From Candidatus Multivoradales bacterium (GTDB lineage Bacteria > Acidobacteriota > Thermoanaerobaculia > Multivoradales > JAHEKO01), in assembly GCA_965248055.1 (NCBI GenBank), contig CBDFIJ010000004.1, positions 704,001-768,000 on the forward strand: 64,000 nucleotides of DNA, given 5' to 3'. A program made the translations under genes and the position numbers. The notes under the pieces were generated by a model. The model was not told the DNA's origin. It saw only the letters and a program-made list of their open reading frames with translations, and ran no database searches. The stretch's first letter is position 1, and each line of letters begins with the position of its first letter. Of this stretch, positions 1 to 9,212 are shown piece by piece.

Positions 1-955
1 CAATGGTCACGGTGTCTTCATTGGCTGCGAAGCAAACCTCAGCCCCGACTTGATCGGCGTCCGGGCCACGATAGATCACACACTGCACATCGTGGCTATA
101 TCCGTCTTCGGAGAAACAGCCAGCGTATCGAGGCTGGAGTGGTTGTCGCATATCCACCATGTGCAAGCCGCCGGCACAGGTATTGGTGCCGACGATGTAG
201 GCAAAGCCGCTTTCTTGGTTGACCCCAACGTTGTGGCTGCTGCCGAGTAGTTCTCCCTGGTTAAATCCGAGCCCGAGACCAAAGTAGTCCGCCGTGGGTG
301 CAAAGACCTGGCCCGGAGAAGCACCTTGCAGTTGGTGCAGATCGAAAATCTGCATCCCATGCCCCGGCGAACCATCAGCCACCACTACCACATAGTGGTC
401 GATTGTTTTCAGATCTCGCCAGGACGATGGAAAGGTCCGCGTCGGCAACACCCCCACCATGACCGGCTTGGTCGGATCGGTGACGTCAACAAAAGACACT
501 CCGGCGGCACGACCCACCAGCGCGTACTCACGACCGGTACGTTCATCGACCCAACCCCACAGGTCATTGACAATTTCGCTATCACCAGCGCCCAACACGG
601 AGCGCGGCACGAGTGCCAACAGGTTCATATCGTGGCAGGGAAATCCAGACGCCTGCCCTGCAGAACATGGAACGCCTGCCGCCGCGGGAGGTTCCCCTTC
701 GGGCGGCGGCGGATCATCTTCATGCAGGTGCTCGGGTTGGCCGCTGGTCTGTGGATTCATGGCCCCAGTCGATACCTCCACCGCGGTTTCTGTCGCGACC
801 GGTTTCATGCTGGCACTTCGGGTTCGCGCCGCACCTCGGGTTGGACTGGCCCCCCAGGCGTCGTTGACACCGAGAAACAACAGCAAGCTCAGGGTGGCGA
901 TCCAAATCGTCCCAGCTCTCCTGGAGTAAAGTTCGTTCGTGATTAGCTCAAACAT
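1..955 (-). CDS. Choice-of-anchor B family (LVIVD-repeat-like) secreted protein, 5' part; runs off the window start
   Basis: Not in the ORF track because it has no stop in the window. Translated by hand from ATG 955 (SD GGAGGT at 961-966): signal-like N-terminus, then CSAGQASGFPCHDMNLL...NDLWGWVDERTGREYALVG...GVSFVDVTDP...SSWRDLK...HGMQIFDL...HNVGVNQESGFAYIVG...GGLHMVD...GYSHDVQCV. Confidence 0.8.
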   Translation of the reverse strand, partial: MFELITNELYSRRAGTIWIATLSLLLFLGVNDAWGASPTRGAARTRSASMKPVATETAVEVSTGAMNPQTSGQPEHLHEDDPPPPEGEPPAAAGVPCSAGQASGFPCHDMNLLALVPRSVLGAGDSEIVNDLWGWVDERTGREYALVGRAAGVSFVDVTDPTKPVMVGVLPTRTFPSSWRDLKTIDHYVVVVADGSPGHGMQIFDLHQLQGASPGQVFAPTADYFGLGLGFNQGELLGSSHNVGVNQESGFAYIVGTNTCAGGLHMVDMRQPLQPRYAGCFSEDGYSHDVQCVIYRGPDADQVGAEVCFAANEDTVTI

Positions 956-1065
956 TCGACACCTCCAACCAGTACGCGCAGTGGCTATTGTCTCGCTATC
1001 GAGCCTCTGCAGCAAACAATCACCCCAAACTCCGTAAACTAAGCACTCTTCGATAGCCAGAAACA

Positions 1066-1884
1066 ATGTTGCCCCAACTCTTCCTTCTCAAGCTCGCCGC
1101 TGCGCTAGCGATCCTATTGGTGGCCGCCGTTGGGGTTCGCTGGGCGGTACACTTCTCTGGTAAGAAGTCGATCGGCAAGCGACAAGGCTGGGCCAACGCA
1201 TTGGCGGCAGGGATCTTTCTCGGCACCGGTTTACTCCATTTTGGAGCCAATGCCCACCGGGGTTGGATCGCGCGAGGAAGTGATTATCCCTGGGCTTCTC
1301 TGTTGATCTTGGGGGCGTTTCTGGTTCTACTGTTTGTCGAACACGTCGCATTCTCGGATGCGGCACACACCGTCGCCCACTCCCACACTGGCGGGCACGG
1401 CCATCATCACCACGAGATATCTGGGCAACCGTCTGCAGGTGGCCGCGGCACCTTCGGCATCCTGTTAGCCCTCAGCTTGCATTCGCTGTTGGCTGGCCTA
1501 GCCTTGGGCATCGCCCACGACAGCGCGACCACGACCCTGACCGCCGCCGCGATCTTGGCGCACAAACTCACCGAGGGCTTTGCCTTGGGCACGGTGCTCA
1601 GCCACACCGCCACCCGCTCCTGGCTGCATCCGTCTGCCTGGTTGTTCGTGCTGGCGACACCGCTCGGCATTCTGGTCGGCACAGTCGCCCAACGTAGCCT
1701 CAGTAACCCCACCGGGAGCACGCTGGACTTGATTGTCACCTCTTTCGCAGCAGGCACTTTTCTTTATATCGGGGCTTTTGACCTATTGCAGGATGAGTTC
1801 ATTGAACCCGAGGGACGGGTCGCCAAATGGATGTTCGCGGCATTGGGAGTCGGGCTGACGGCTCTTCTGGCAACGGTTTCTTGA
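1066..1884 (+). CDS. ZIP family (Zn/Fe/Mn) metal transporter
   Basis: About 8 TM segments, His-rich loop HTVAHSHTGGHGHHHH, ZIP motifs LSLHSLLAGLALG and AILAHKLTEGFALG, C-terminal AAGTFLYI. Confidence 0.9.
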   Translation: MLPQLFLLKLAAALAILLVAAVGVRWAVHFSGKKSIGKRQGWANALAAGIFLGTGLLHFGANAHRGWIARGSDYPWASLLILGAFLVLLFVEHVAFSDAAHTVAHSHTGGHGHHHHEISGQPSAGGRGTFGILLALSLHSLLAGLALGIAHDSATTTLTAAAILAHKLTEGFALGTVLSHTATRSWLHPSAWLFVLATPLGILVGTVAQRSLSNPTGSTLDLIVTSFAAGTFLYIGAFDLLQDEFIEPEGRVAKWMFAALGVGLTALLATVS

Positions 1885-2107
1885 GAATAGACCCCGTGGA
1901 GTGCTTGGAGGCAAAAACATAGAGCGCACTGCCTGGAGGTCTATAAGCCATCTACCAAGGCATCGAACAGTCCGTTGCACCGCAGTGCTGACAATGCTGT
2001 GGGTGGCGTCGCCTCTGCTGGCCCAGCCTCCCCAGAACATGCACCACCAAGAACACCCGCAAGAGTCTCCGATTCTGGCTGCCTACGACTTCGAAAGCCC
2101 TTCTCCG

Positions 2108-3344
2108 GGTGGTCTCATTCGGTCATCGCAACAGTTCAGCCAATTTTTCGGTCGGTTTCATCCATCCGAGCGTTTTTCGAGGTCGATCATTAAGCATATG
2201 AGCAACATGGTCGAGATGGCCCTGGCTGTGGACCTCGAGGTCGGTTCCCTTTGGGAAGTACTGGCGCAGTAACCCGTTGGTATTCTCGTTGCTTCCTCGC
2301 TGCCATGGGCTATGTGGATCACAGAAGTAGACTTGGACTCCCGTGTCGATGGTGAACTTGAGATGGGCAGCAAGCTCTTTCCCGCGATCCCAGGTCAAGG
2401 AGACTGCGAGATGTCTAGGCAGCGTCTTGATCTTCTTTGCTAGCAACGAACAGACATGTTGGCTGGTCCTATTTCGGCCGACAGAGAGCAACATGACATA
2501 TCTAGTTTGACGTTCGACCAGGGTGGCAATCGCCGATTGCCCAAGCGCTCCAATAATGAGATCGCCTTCCCAATGCCCAGGAACAGCGCGATCTTCGATC
2601 TCAGCAGGGCGGTCTGAAATGAGGACCATGCCCTTGATGTACCCGCCAGGATCTTTGCGTCCATGAGGTTTGCGGCGGGTGCGTTTCGAACGGAGGCAAG
2701 CCGAGAGTTCTTTTCGCAACGCTCCCCGCGATTGAACAAACAGAGACTGGTAGATCGTTTCATGTGACACGCGTAGCTCGGAGTCGTTTGGGTTCTCGAC
2801 CATTAGTCTCGCACTGATCTGCTCAGGAGACCAAAGCTTGTTCAGCATCGCTTCAACTTGAACACGGAGCCCTGGACATCGTCTCAGCTTCGAGATCTTA
2901 GGTCTCCTGGCTCTCCTGTAGGCCGCCTCGTCAGCCCGAACAGCCCGATAACGTCGGCGACCTCCATTGGCATTGACCTCACGTGAGATCGTCGACGGCG
3001 CTCGCTTGAGATGGCGGGCGATCACTCGATACGAAGCGCCTCCACTTAGATGGCGAGAGATCTCCTCGCGTTCGGCTAACGACAACCGTAGCTCTGAGCG
3101 ACTTGTCTCTCGCGCTGGTAGGCCTCCTGATGAATTCAACAGCCTCTGGACGGTCTTTGTTGAGCATCTGGCTGTGGCAGCAGCTTCTTCGAAGCTGCTG
3201 CCCTTGCCCACTAGGGACCGTACCTCCAATCGCTCTCCACGGGTAAGCCGCATGCCTCGGATTCGTCTCTTTACCATCCCAACACCTCCTGAGAATCTCT
3301 ATCAAACAATTCTCCAAGTGTTGCGATGATCGTTTGAGACCACC
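2108..3344 (-). mobile_element. IS30-family insertion sequence, complete (1237 bp)
   Basis: Imperfect terminal IRs: GGTGGTCTCATTCGGTCATCGCAAC (from 2108) and the reverse complement of the right end GGTGGTCTCAAACGATCATCGCAAC (ends 3344). 3-bp TSD CCG at 2105-2107 and 3345-3347. Confidence 0.93.
2123..3277 (-). CDS. IS30 family transposase
   Basis: LSLAEREEI/RAPSTISREV HTH, SHETIYQ, GHWEGDL, LTWDRGKE, PWQRGSNENTNGLLRQYFPKG (DDE triad). Confidence 0.96.
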   Translation of the reverse strand: MVKRRIRGMRLTRGERLEVRSLVGKGSSFEEAAATARCSTKTVQRLLNSSGGLPARETSRSELRLSLAEREEISRHLSGGASYRVIARHLKRAPSTISREVNANGGRRRYRAVRADEAAYRRARRPKISKLRRCPGLRVQVEAMLNKLWSPEQISARLMVENPNDSELRVSHETIYQSLFVQSRGALRKELSACLRSKRTRRKPHGRKDPGGYIKGMVLISDRPAEIEDRAVPGHWEGDLIIGALGQSAIATLVERQTRYVMLLSVGRNRTSQHVCSLLAKKIKTLPRHLAVSLTWDRGKELAAHLKFTIDTGVQVYFCDPHSPWQRGSNENTNGLLRQYFPKGTDLEVHSQGHLDHVAHMLNDRPRKTLGWMKPTEKLAELLR

Positions 3345-3969
3345 CCGTCGGGGCCGGACACCTTCTGGGTGCGACAGAGCGGTGACGGAGAGGTGGCGCT
3401 CAGCAATGCCTTCCGAGTCGCAGGTTCACGGTCGCTGCACATTTCAGAAGTCCCCGACAACCGCGACTTCGCCAAGTTATTGGCATATTTCTGTGAGGCG
3501 GACGAAGGCACAGTCTTTGTTCAGTACTACATCCTGCTCACCGAGCCCCGGCAACACTTCAACTTTGCCCTCGCCGGTCCGGGTTGGTTTCTCAACATGA
3601 ACAAAGGTACCCATGCGATCTAGTTGCAAACTGCCAACGGTAGTTTGCAACACTTGGTCGGCGGCGCAGACAGAGGTTGGCAATAACTCTTCGCTCCTCG
3701 GCCTTTCGCTTGGTACTTCATCGACTTGTCTACCACGTGGATTCTGGAACCTACGACCTTGCAATCTACGAAGAAGGGTTTCGAGACGCCGGTGGTTGAC
3801 CTGAGGGGCGTCACCAACGTCAATGGGCAGCCCGGCTCCTCGCGATGTTTACCAATTCGTCAATCAAATCGGCCTCACCGTATACACCCCGCAGGGGTGC
3901 CTCCTTATCGTTGTCCGCTATTGAGTGACCTAGATCAAACACCTGTGAGACAGCGCCGTTAGTCGCCGA

Positions 3970-4065
3970 GGCTGTGGGGGATGTGGGAATCTCGTGAGAG
4001 ATTTCCAAGGGCTGTGGGAAGGCAAGCGTAGCTGGCTTTGCACCAGCCCATCATCATCCACAGCC
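3970..4065 (+). ncRNA. Candidate structured RNA (three-way junction) in the IS481 leader
   Basis: Closing stem GGCTGTGGGGGATG/CATCATCCACAGCC, hairpin GGGAATCTC-GTGA-GAGATTTCC (GNRA loop), hairpin GGGCTG...CAGCCC. Folded by eye only. Confidence 0.5.
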
Positions 4066-4135
4066 GTGACAAGTAAAAAGGGGGCCAAGATCCTTCGGGT
4101 CTATCGAATAACCCAAAACGAAGGGAGGCCCCCAG

Positions 4136-5173
4136 ATGCAAATCGTCGCACTCGATCGCAGTATCTACAAGTACTACCGTGAAGACATCGTTGTCTTAAG
4201 CTCTCAGGCTCGTGATCGGCTGCGCTTGGTTGCGAGCTTCGAGCAACTACGCGACAAGGGGATCTCGGGTGAAGAAGCAGCTCAGATCTTGGGCAAGAGT
4301 CGAGCTACCCTTTACCGCTGGCGCAAACGCCTTGAGCGTGGCCCCCGACATCTAGAACCGATATCAAGCCGACCCAAGCGGGTGCGTAAGGCTGACTGGT
4401 CACCTGAATTGGTACAGAGAGTCGAAAGTCTCCGTCGAGACTTTCCTGCCTGGGGCAAGGAAACCCTAGCGCCGCTGATCCAGGGCGAGGGCTTTGAGGT
4501 ATCAGAAGCCACTGTCGGGCGTATCTTGCGCAAACTAATGGATCGAGGGGTAATCCACCGGGTACGCTACCGGCGCCAGAAGTACAAAAACTCCCGGCGT
4601 ATGCGCCGGCTCCACGCTCAGCGACTGCCGAAATGGTGTCCCCGACCAACGCGCCCTGGCGAGCGACTGCAGATCGACACGCTGCATCTGGTCCCTGCTC
4701 CAGGCAAGTGGCTCAAACACTTTTCAGCCTCCTGTCCGGTCAGCCGGTGGACAGTGGGAGAGATCTATCAACGTGCCACTTCTCGCTGTGCAGCACGCTT
4801 TTTAGACAAAGTCATTGCCGAGTGTCCGTTTGACATCACCTCGATCCAAGTGGACGGTGGTAGTGAATTTATGGATGAATTTGAGAAAGCCTGCCGAGAT
4901 AGAGGTATCACCCTCTATGTGCTGCCGCCAAAGAGTCCGAAGCTCAACGGCACCGTCGAACGAATGCAGGAAACCTGGAGAGGAGAGTTTTATGAAATGT
5001 ATGAGCTACCCGATACTGTCTCGGCTTTGAGACCTTACATCCAGAGATTCCAGGACCTCTACAACACCTACAGGCCGCACAAGAGCTTGAAAAGAAAACC
5101 CCCGGCAAGGTACCTTCTAAAGCTCGACCCAGGGGTCGTGCTCCCGCCGACTGTCTCAAAGGTACTGATCTAG
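4136..5173 (+). CDS. IS481-like DDE transposase (HTH + integrase core)
   Basis: HTH GKSRATLYRWRKR, SEATVGRIL, catalytic LQIDT / IQVDGGSEF / PKLNGTVERMQ, YNTYRPHKSL. SD GGGAGG at 4123-4128. Stop lies inside the IRR. Confidence 0.93.
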   Translation: MQIVALDRSIYKYYREDIVVLSSQARDRLRLVASFEQLRDKGISGEEAAQILGKSRATLYRWRKRLERGPRHLEPISSRPKRVRKADWSPELVQRVESLRRDFPAWGKETLAPLIQGEGFEVSEATVGRILRKLMDRGVIHRVRYRRQKYKNSRRMRRLHAQRLPKWCPRPTRPGERLQIDTLHLVPAPGKWLKHFSASCPVSRWTVGEIYQRATSRCAARFLDKVIAECPFDITSIQVDGGSEFMDEFEKACRDRGITLYVLPPKSPKLNGTVERMQETWRGEFYEMYELPDTVSALRPYIQRFQDLYNTYRPHKSLKRKPPARYLLKLDPGVVLPPTVSKVLI

Positions 5174-5182
5174 GACATTGAG

Positions 5183-5212
5183 TTGACATTTCCTACCCCA
5201 ATCCACCAAAAT
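5183..5212 (+). promoter_or_regulatory. Putative sigma70 promoter for M23-secA
   Basis: TTGACA 5183-5188, 18-nt spacer, CAAAAT 5207-5212 (imperfect -10). Confidence 0.5.
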
Positions 5213-5284
5213 TCACCAGCACGGTGAAAACGCCACAACAATAAGTATTAAAAGTCTAGGTAACGAACGCACGGGGCCATTCCG

Positions 5285-6130
5285 ATGGGGCTGAATCATA
5301 CGCTCAAGTTTGAGCTTCGCTCAGGGGTCGAGAGGTACTTCCACTTCTCCACCCGGCAGGCGCTGACCATCAGCGCGATTGTCACTGGATGTTGCCTTAT
5401 CGCACTCACGGTAGGTTCGCTCTACATGACCAAGAACGCCGCCGCGTTTGAGGTCAGCAAGTTGCAACAGGAAAACGTTCTACTCCGTCAGGAGAACAAC
5501 GGCCTAGAAGGCACAGTCCGTCAGTTGGTGCAACGGGTCGATGAATTCGAGGACCGCACCGAACAACTGGCTTTGATCGCGGGCATTGATCCCCAGGATC
5601 AGGCGCTCTCCTTTGGCGTTGGTGGCGCCGATGCAGAGAGCTTGGACTTACAAGCCACGGAACTCCAGTCTCGTTTTGATGAGGTCGAAGACGCATTGCG
5701 CAAGCGTCGACAACGCCTTGCCTCGACCCCCAGCTTGCGCCCGGTAATCGGCCTGATCACCAGCAGTTACGGGGGCCGACGTGATCCGATCACCGGTGCT
5801 CCAGCCATCCACCCAGGAGTTGATATTGGCGCGCGACCGGGTCGCCCAGTGGTCGCCACCGCTGATGGCGTGGTCACCCGCGCCGGACGGAATGGCGGTC
5901 TGGGTAAAGCCGTCTACATTTCGCACGGATACGGCATGACCACTCGCTACGGTCATTTGTCTAAGTTTGTGGTCGAGCCCGGCCAGAAAGTGCGCCGAGG
6001 AGAAACCATCGGCTATGTAGGTCGAACCGGTAGAGCTACCGGCTACCACTTGCACTACGAAGTCCGTCGTCATGGTCAGTCGACCAACCCGCTTGACTAC
6101 ATGCTCACGGACTACGAGTCCGCCTCATAA
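5285..6130 (+). CDS. M23 family metallopeptidase with TM helix and coiled coil
   Basis: HPGVD (HxxxD), YGHL, ATGYHLHYEV (HxH); lies upstream of secA. Confidence 0.92.
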   Translation: MGLNHTLKFELRSGVERYFHFSTRQALTISAIVTGCCLIALTVGSLYMTKNAAAFEVSKLQQENVLLRQENNGLEGTVRQLVQRVDEFEDRTEQLALIAGIDPQDQALSFGVGGADAESLDLQATELQSRFDEVEDALRKRRQRLASTPSLRPVIGLITSSYGGRRDPITGAPAIHPGVDIGARPGRPVVATADGVVTRAGRNGGLGKAVYISHGYGMTTRYGHLSKFVVEPGQKVRRGETIGYVGRTGRATGYHLHYEVRRHGQSTNPLDYMLTDYESAS

Positions 6131-6283
6131 CCGTCCCCCCTAGAATTCAATTTCGGCCTGACAGACGCTTGATTGCGATCTGTATTGGTCCTGTCTTTGC
6201 TAGTATTTTTTCTCCTAGCGATAACTGCCCCAAGAAATCTACCCAGTCAACTCAGTCCGCACCTAACCAAGAGAATTCCGCTG

Positions 6284-8968
6284 ATGTTTAACCGCGCCCT
6301 CACCAAAGTTTTCGGTAGTCAACATGAACGCGACCTCAAGAAGATGCAGCCGGGCGTCGACGCGATCAACGCCCTGGAAGCCGACATTCGTGCCTTAAGC
6401 GACGCTGAGCTGCGTTCCAAGACCGGTGAATTTCGCCAACGTGTGGACCGCGGACAGCGGCTGGATGACCTACTGCCAGAAGCCTTTGCGGTGGTGCGCG
6501 AAGCGGCATGGCGCAGTGTGCAAATGCGGCCCTATGACGTGCAACTGATTGGTGGCATGGTACTTCACGAAGGGCGCATTGCCGAGATGAAGACCGGTGA
6601 GGGAAAGACCTTGGTGGCGACGTTGCCGGTCTACCTCAACGCCCTATCCGGTCGCGGGGTTCACGTAGTTACGGTCAACGATTACCTAGCTCGCCGCGAT
6701 GCTGAGTGGATGGGACAGGTTTACCGTTTTCTTGGGATGGATGTTGGAGTTATCCAACACGGATTGACCGACGAAGAACGCCGCCAGGCCTACGCTGCCG
6801 ACATCACCTACGCCACCAACAATGAGCTGGGCTTCGACTACTTGCGCGACAACATGAAGCTGGACGTAAGCTCGATGGTGCAACGAGATCATCACTACGC
6901 GATCGTCGATGAAGTCGACTCGATCCTGATCGACGAAGCACGGACACCGTTGATCATTTCCGGACCTTCGGAAGAGTCGATCGACAAGTACTACCAACTG
7001 GACCGCATCATTCCTCGTTTCGACCGAGGGGAGGAAATCGAAGAAGGCGATCGCAAATACACCACCGGGGACTTTCTGGTGGATGAAAAGGCACAGACCA
7101 TCACTTTGACTGAGGAGGGAGTGGCCAAGGTTGAGAAGTTGCTGTCAATTGAAAACCTCTACGACATCGAGAACATGGAGATTCTGCACGGGGTCAACCA
7201 GGGTCTCCGCGCGCACCATCTGTTCAAGCGCGACGTCGGCTACTTGGTCAAAGATGGCCAAGTGGTGATTGTCGATGAGTTCACCGGCCGCATGATGCCA
7301 GGCCGTCGCTGGTCGGATGGGCTACATCAGGCAATCGAAGCCAAAGAAGGGGTGCGGATAGAAAAAGAGAACCAGACCCTGGCCACTATCACCTTCCAAA
7401 ACTATTTCCGCATGTACCAGAAGCTCGGCGGTATGACCGGTACCGCGGAAACAGAGGCCACTGAATTTGGCGAGATCTACGACCTGGACGTAACCGTGAT
7501 TCCCACTAATCAACCGATGGTGCGCCAGGATCAGCCGGACTTGATCTATCGCACCGCAGCCGAGAAGTGGGATGCGGTGGCCGAAGACATTGCCGAAAAG
7601 AGCAAACTGGGGCAGCCGACCCTAGTCGGCACGGTTTCCATTGAGACCAGTGAGTCGCTGGCCAAGAAGCTCAAACGCAAAGGCGTTCCGCATGTAGTGC
7701 TCAACGCCAAATACCACGAGCGAGAAGCTCCGATTGTCGCCCAAGCAGGTCGCAAAGGTTCGGTCACCATTGCCACCAACATGGCTGGACGCGGTACTGA
7801 CATCGTCTTGGGAGGCAACCCTGAAGGACTCGCGCGCTCGGAGTTCAACCCAGAAGAGGACAGCGAAGGCTACGCCGCTGCTTTGGCTCGTTACGAGGAG
7901 ACCTGCCAACGAGAACGTCAGGAAGTTCTAGATGTCGGCGGCTTGTACATCCTGGGCACCGAGCGCCACGAATCCAGGCGCGTGGACAACCAACTGCGAG
8001 GCCGTTCCGGACGCCAGGGCGACCCAGGAGAATCCCGTTTTTACCTGTCTCTAGAGGACGACTTGATGCGCATCTTCGCCTCCGATCGGGTGCAGGCGTT
8101 TATGGGCAAGATCGGCATGCAGGAGGGCGAGGCGATCGAAGCGAGCATGGTCACCCGTGCTATTGAGCGCGCTCAGACCCAAGTGGAAGGGCGTAACTTC
8201 GAGATCAGAAAGCACCTCCTTGAGTATGACGATGTGATGAACAAGCAGCGGGAAGCGATCTACCTGTTGCGGCGAGAAATCCTTGAGGGCAAGGAAGGAC
8301 GCGACTACGTGGATCGAGTCTCGCAGGATGTCATCGACTACATGATCGAGACCCACTGCTCGGCGGACCAGCCAGCCAGCGAGTGGAATCTTGCCGACTT
8401 GGCGACCGACTACCTGTCTTACTTTGACCTTTCCCTGCGCGAACTCAGGGATGACTGGCGCACTTTGGATGTCGCAGAGTTGCAGCAGCAACTACTCCAG
8501 TTTGCCACCAAAAAGTACGACGGCAAAGAAGACAAGCAGGGCCCCGAGGCGATGAGAGCGTTGGAGCGTCGCTTCATGCTGACCGTGGTCGATCGCTCCT
8601 GGAAAGATCATTTGTTCGCGCTCGATCATCTCAAGGAAGGCATCAACCTGCGCGCGCACGGCCAGCGCAATCCGCTTCAGGAGTACAAGAAAGAAAGCTT
8701 CGAGATGTTTCAAGCGCTGAAAGAGCGTCTAGAAGACGAGATCGTCAAGGGCGTCTATCGTGCTGAACCGATCAGCCCCGAAGAAATGGCCGAGAGAATG
8801 CGCCAGGTACAGCGTCAGCGCAACTTACGCTTCTCCACTCCCCACGCCGCCGGACCGACGCTGCCCCGAACCGTGGTGCGCGACGGTAAGAAGGTCGGAC
8901 GCAACGATCCGTGTCCCTGTGGGTCCGGCAAGAAGTATAAGAAGTGCCACGGATCTACCAATTCATAA
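6284..8968 (+). CDS. secA: Preprotein translocase subunit SecA
   Basis: [62 protein letters not shown] motif [18 protein letters not shown]. Start placed at ATG 6284 ([12 protein letters not shown]). Confidence 0.98.
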   Translation: MFNRALTKVFGSQHERDLKKMQPGVDAINALEADIRALSDAELRSKTGEFRQRVDRGQRLDDLLPEAFAVVREAAWRSVQMRPYDVQLIGGMVLHEGRIAEMKTGEGKTLVATLPVYLNALSGRGVHVVTVNDYLARRDAEWMGQVYRFLGMDVGVIQHGLTDEERRQAYAADITYATNNELGFDYLRDNMKLDVSSMVQRDHHYAIVDEVDSILIDEARTPLIISGPSEESIDKYYQLDRIIPRFDRGEEIEEGDRKYTTGDFLVDEKAQTITLTEEGVAKVEKLLSIENLYDIENMEILHGVNQGLRAHHLFKRDVGYLVKDGQVVIVDEFTGRMMPGRRWSDGLHQAIEAKEGVRIEKENQTLATITFQNYFRMYQKLGGMTGTAETEATEFGEIYDLDVTVIPTNQPMVRQDQPDLIYRTAAEKWDAVAEDIAEKSKLGQPTLVGTVSIETSESLAKKLKRKGVPHVVLNAKYHEREAPIVAQAGRKGSVTIATNMAGRGTDIVLGGNPEGLARSEFNPEEDSEGYAAALARYEETCQRERQEVLDVGGLYILGTERHESRRVDNQLRGRSGRQGDPGESRFYLSLEDDLMRIFASDRVQAFMGKIGMQEGEAIEASMVTRAIERAQTQVEGRNFEIRKHLLEYDDVMNKQREAIYLLRREILEGKEGRDYVDRVSQDVIDYMIETHCSADQPASEWNLADLATDYLSYFDLSLRELRDDWRTLDVAELQQQLLQFATKKYDGKEDKQGPEAMRALERRFMLTVVDRSWKDHLFALDHLKEGINLRAHGQRNPLQEYKKESFEMFQALKERLEDEIVKGVYRAEPISPEEMAERMRQVQRQRNLRFSTPHAAGPTLPRTVVRDGKKVGRNDPCPCGSGKKYKKCHGSTNS

Positions 8969-9030
8969 CAGATCATTCTTAATAGGCCATTCCTAATAGG
9001 CCAGCCCTAGCAGATCCATTCGTAAACGGC
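8960..9030 (+). repeat. Five degenerate ~14-bp tandem units after secA
   Basis: AATTCATAACAGAT / CATTCTTAATAGGC / CATTCCTAATAGGC / CAGCCCTAGCAGATC / CATTCGTAAACGGC. Confidence 0.5.
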
Positions 9031-9212
9031 CCAGAACGGGTTGATCGCTAACGTACTTCGCTTCGCACCGGCTTAGGTATCATCCCGCAATCGGCATCCA
9101 GTGTCTCGCGGCAAGGATCTGGAGCCATATCTTGGCCTCTGATAATCTGCCTACCCACGCGACCTGAGTTCATCCGGCTTGAACCGTCGCATTTTCCTCC
9201 GGAGATTTGACC

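Larger units (their letters stand above)
1901..3845 (+). pseudogene. Decayed secreted hypothetical protein interrupted by IS30
   Basis: Signal-peptide-like start (..VLTMLWVASPLLAQ). Removing the IS plus one CCG copy rejoins AYDFESPSP|SGPDTFWVRQSG in frame. In-frame stops TAG 3621-3623 and TAA 3684-3686, apparent frameshifts near 3729/3778, 3' end lost near 3845. Start and end approximate. Confidence 0.7.
3926..5177 (+). mobile_element. IS481-family insertion sequence, complete (1252 bp)
   Basis: IRL TGACCTAGATCAAACACCTGTGAGACAG (3926-3953) versus reverse complement of IRR TGTCCTAGATCAGTACCTTTGAGACAG (5151-5177). 5-bp TSD TTGAG at 3921-3925 and 5178-5182. Confidence 0.88.

Noticed and set aside
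50-946. Plus-strand ORFs 50-250, 326-946 and 459-929
   Set aside because: Antisense shadows of the minus-strand choice-of-anchor B gene.
1901-2272. 123-aa ORF as an intact gene
   Set aside because: Chimera of the interrupted gene's 5' end and IS30 end sequence.
8960-9030. Possible CRISPR array
   Set aside because: Units are 14 bp, contiguous and spacer-less; no cas genes in the window.
9040-9212. Purine-type riboswitch upstream of guaB
   Set aside because: Only a modest hairpin (GCGAC..GTTCA/TGAAC..GTCGC, 9159-9190); no purine or ZTP riboswitch consensus recognised.
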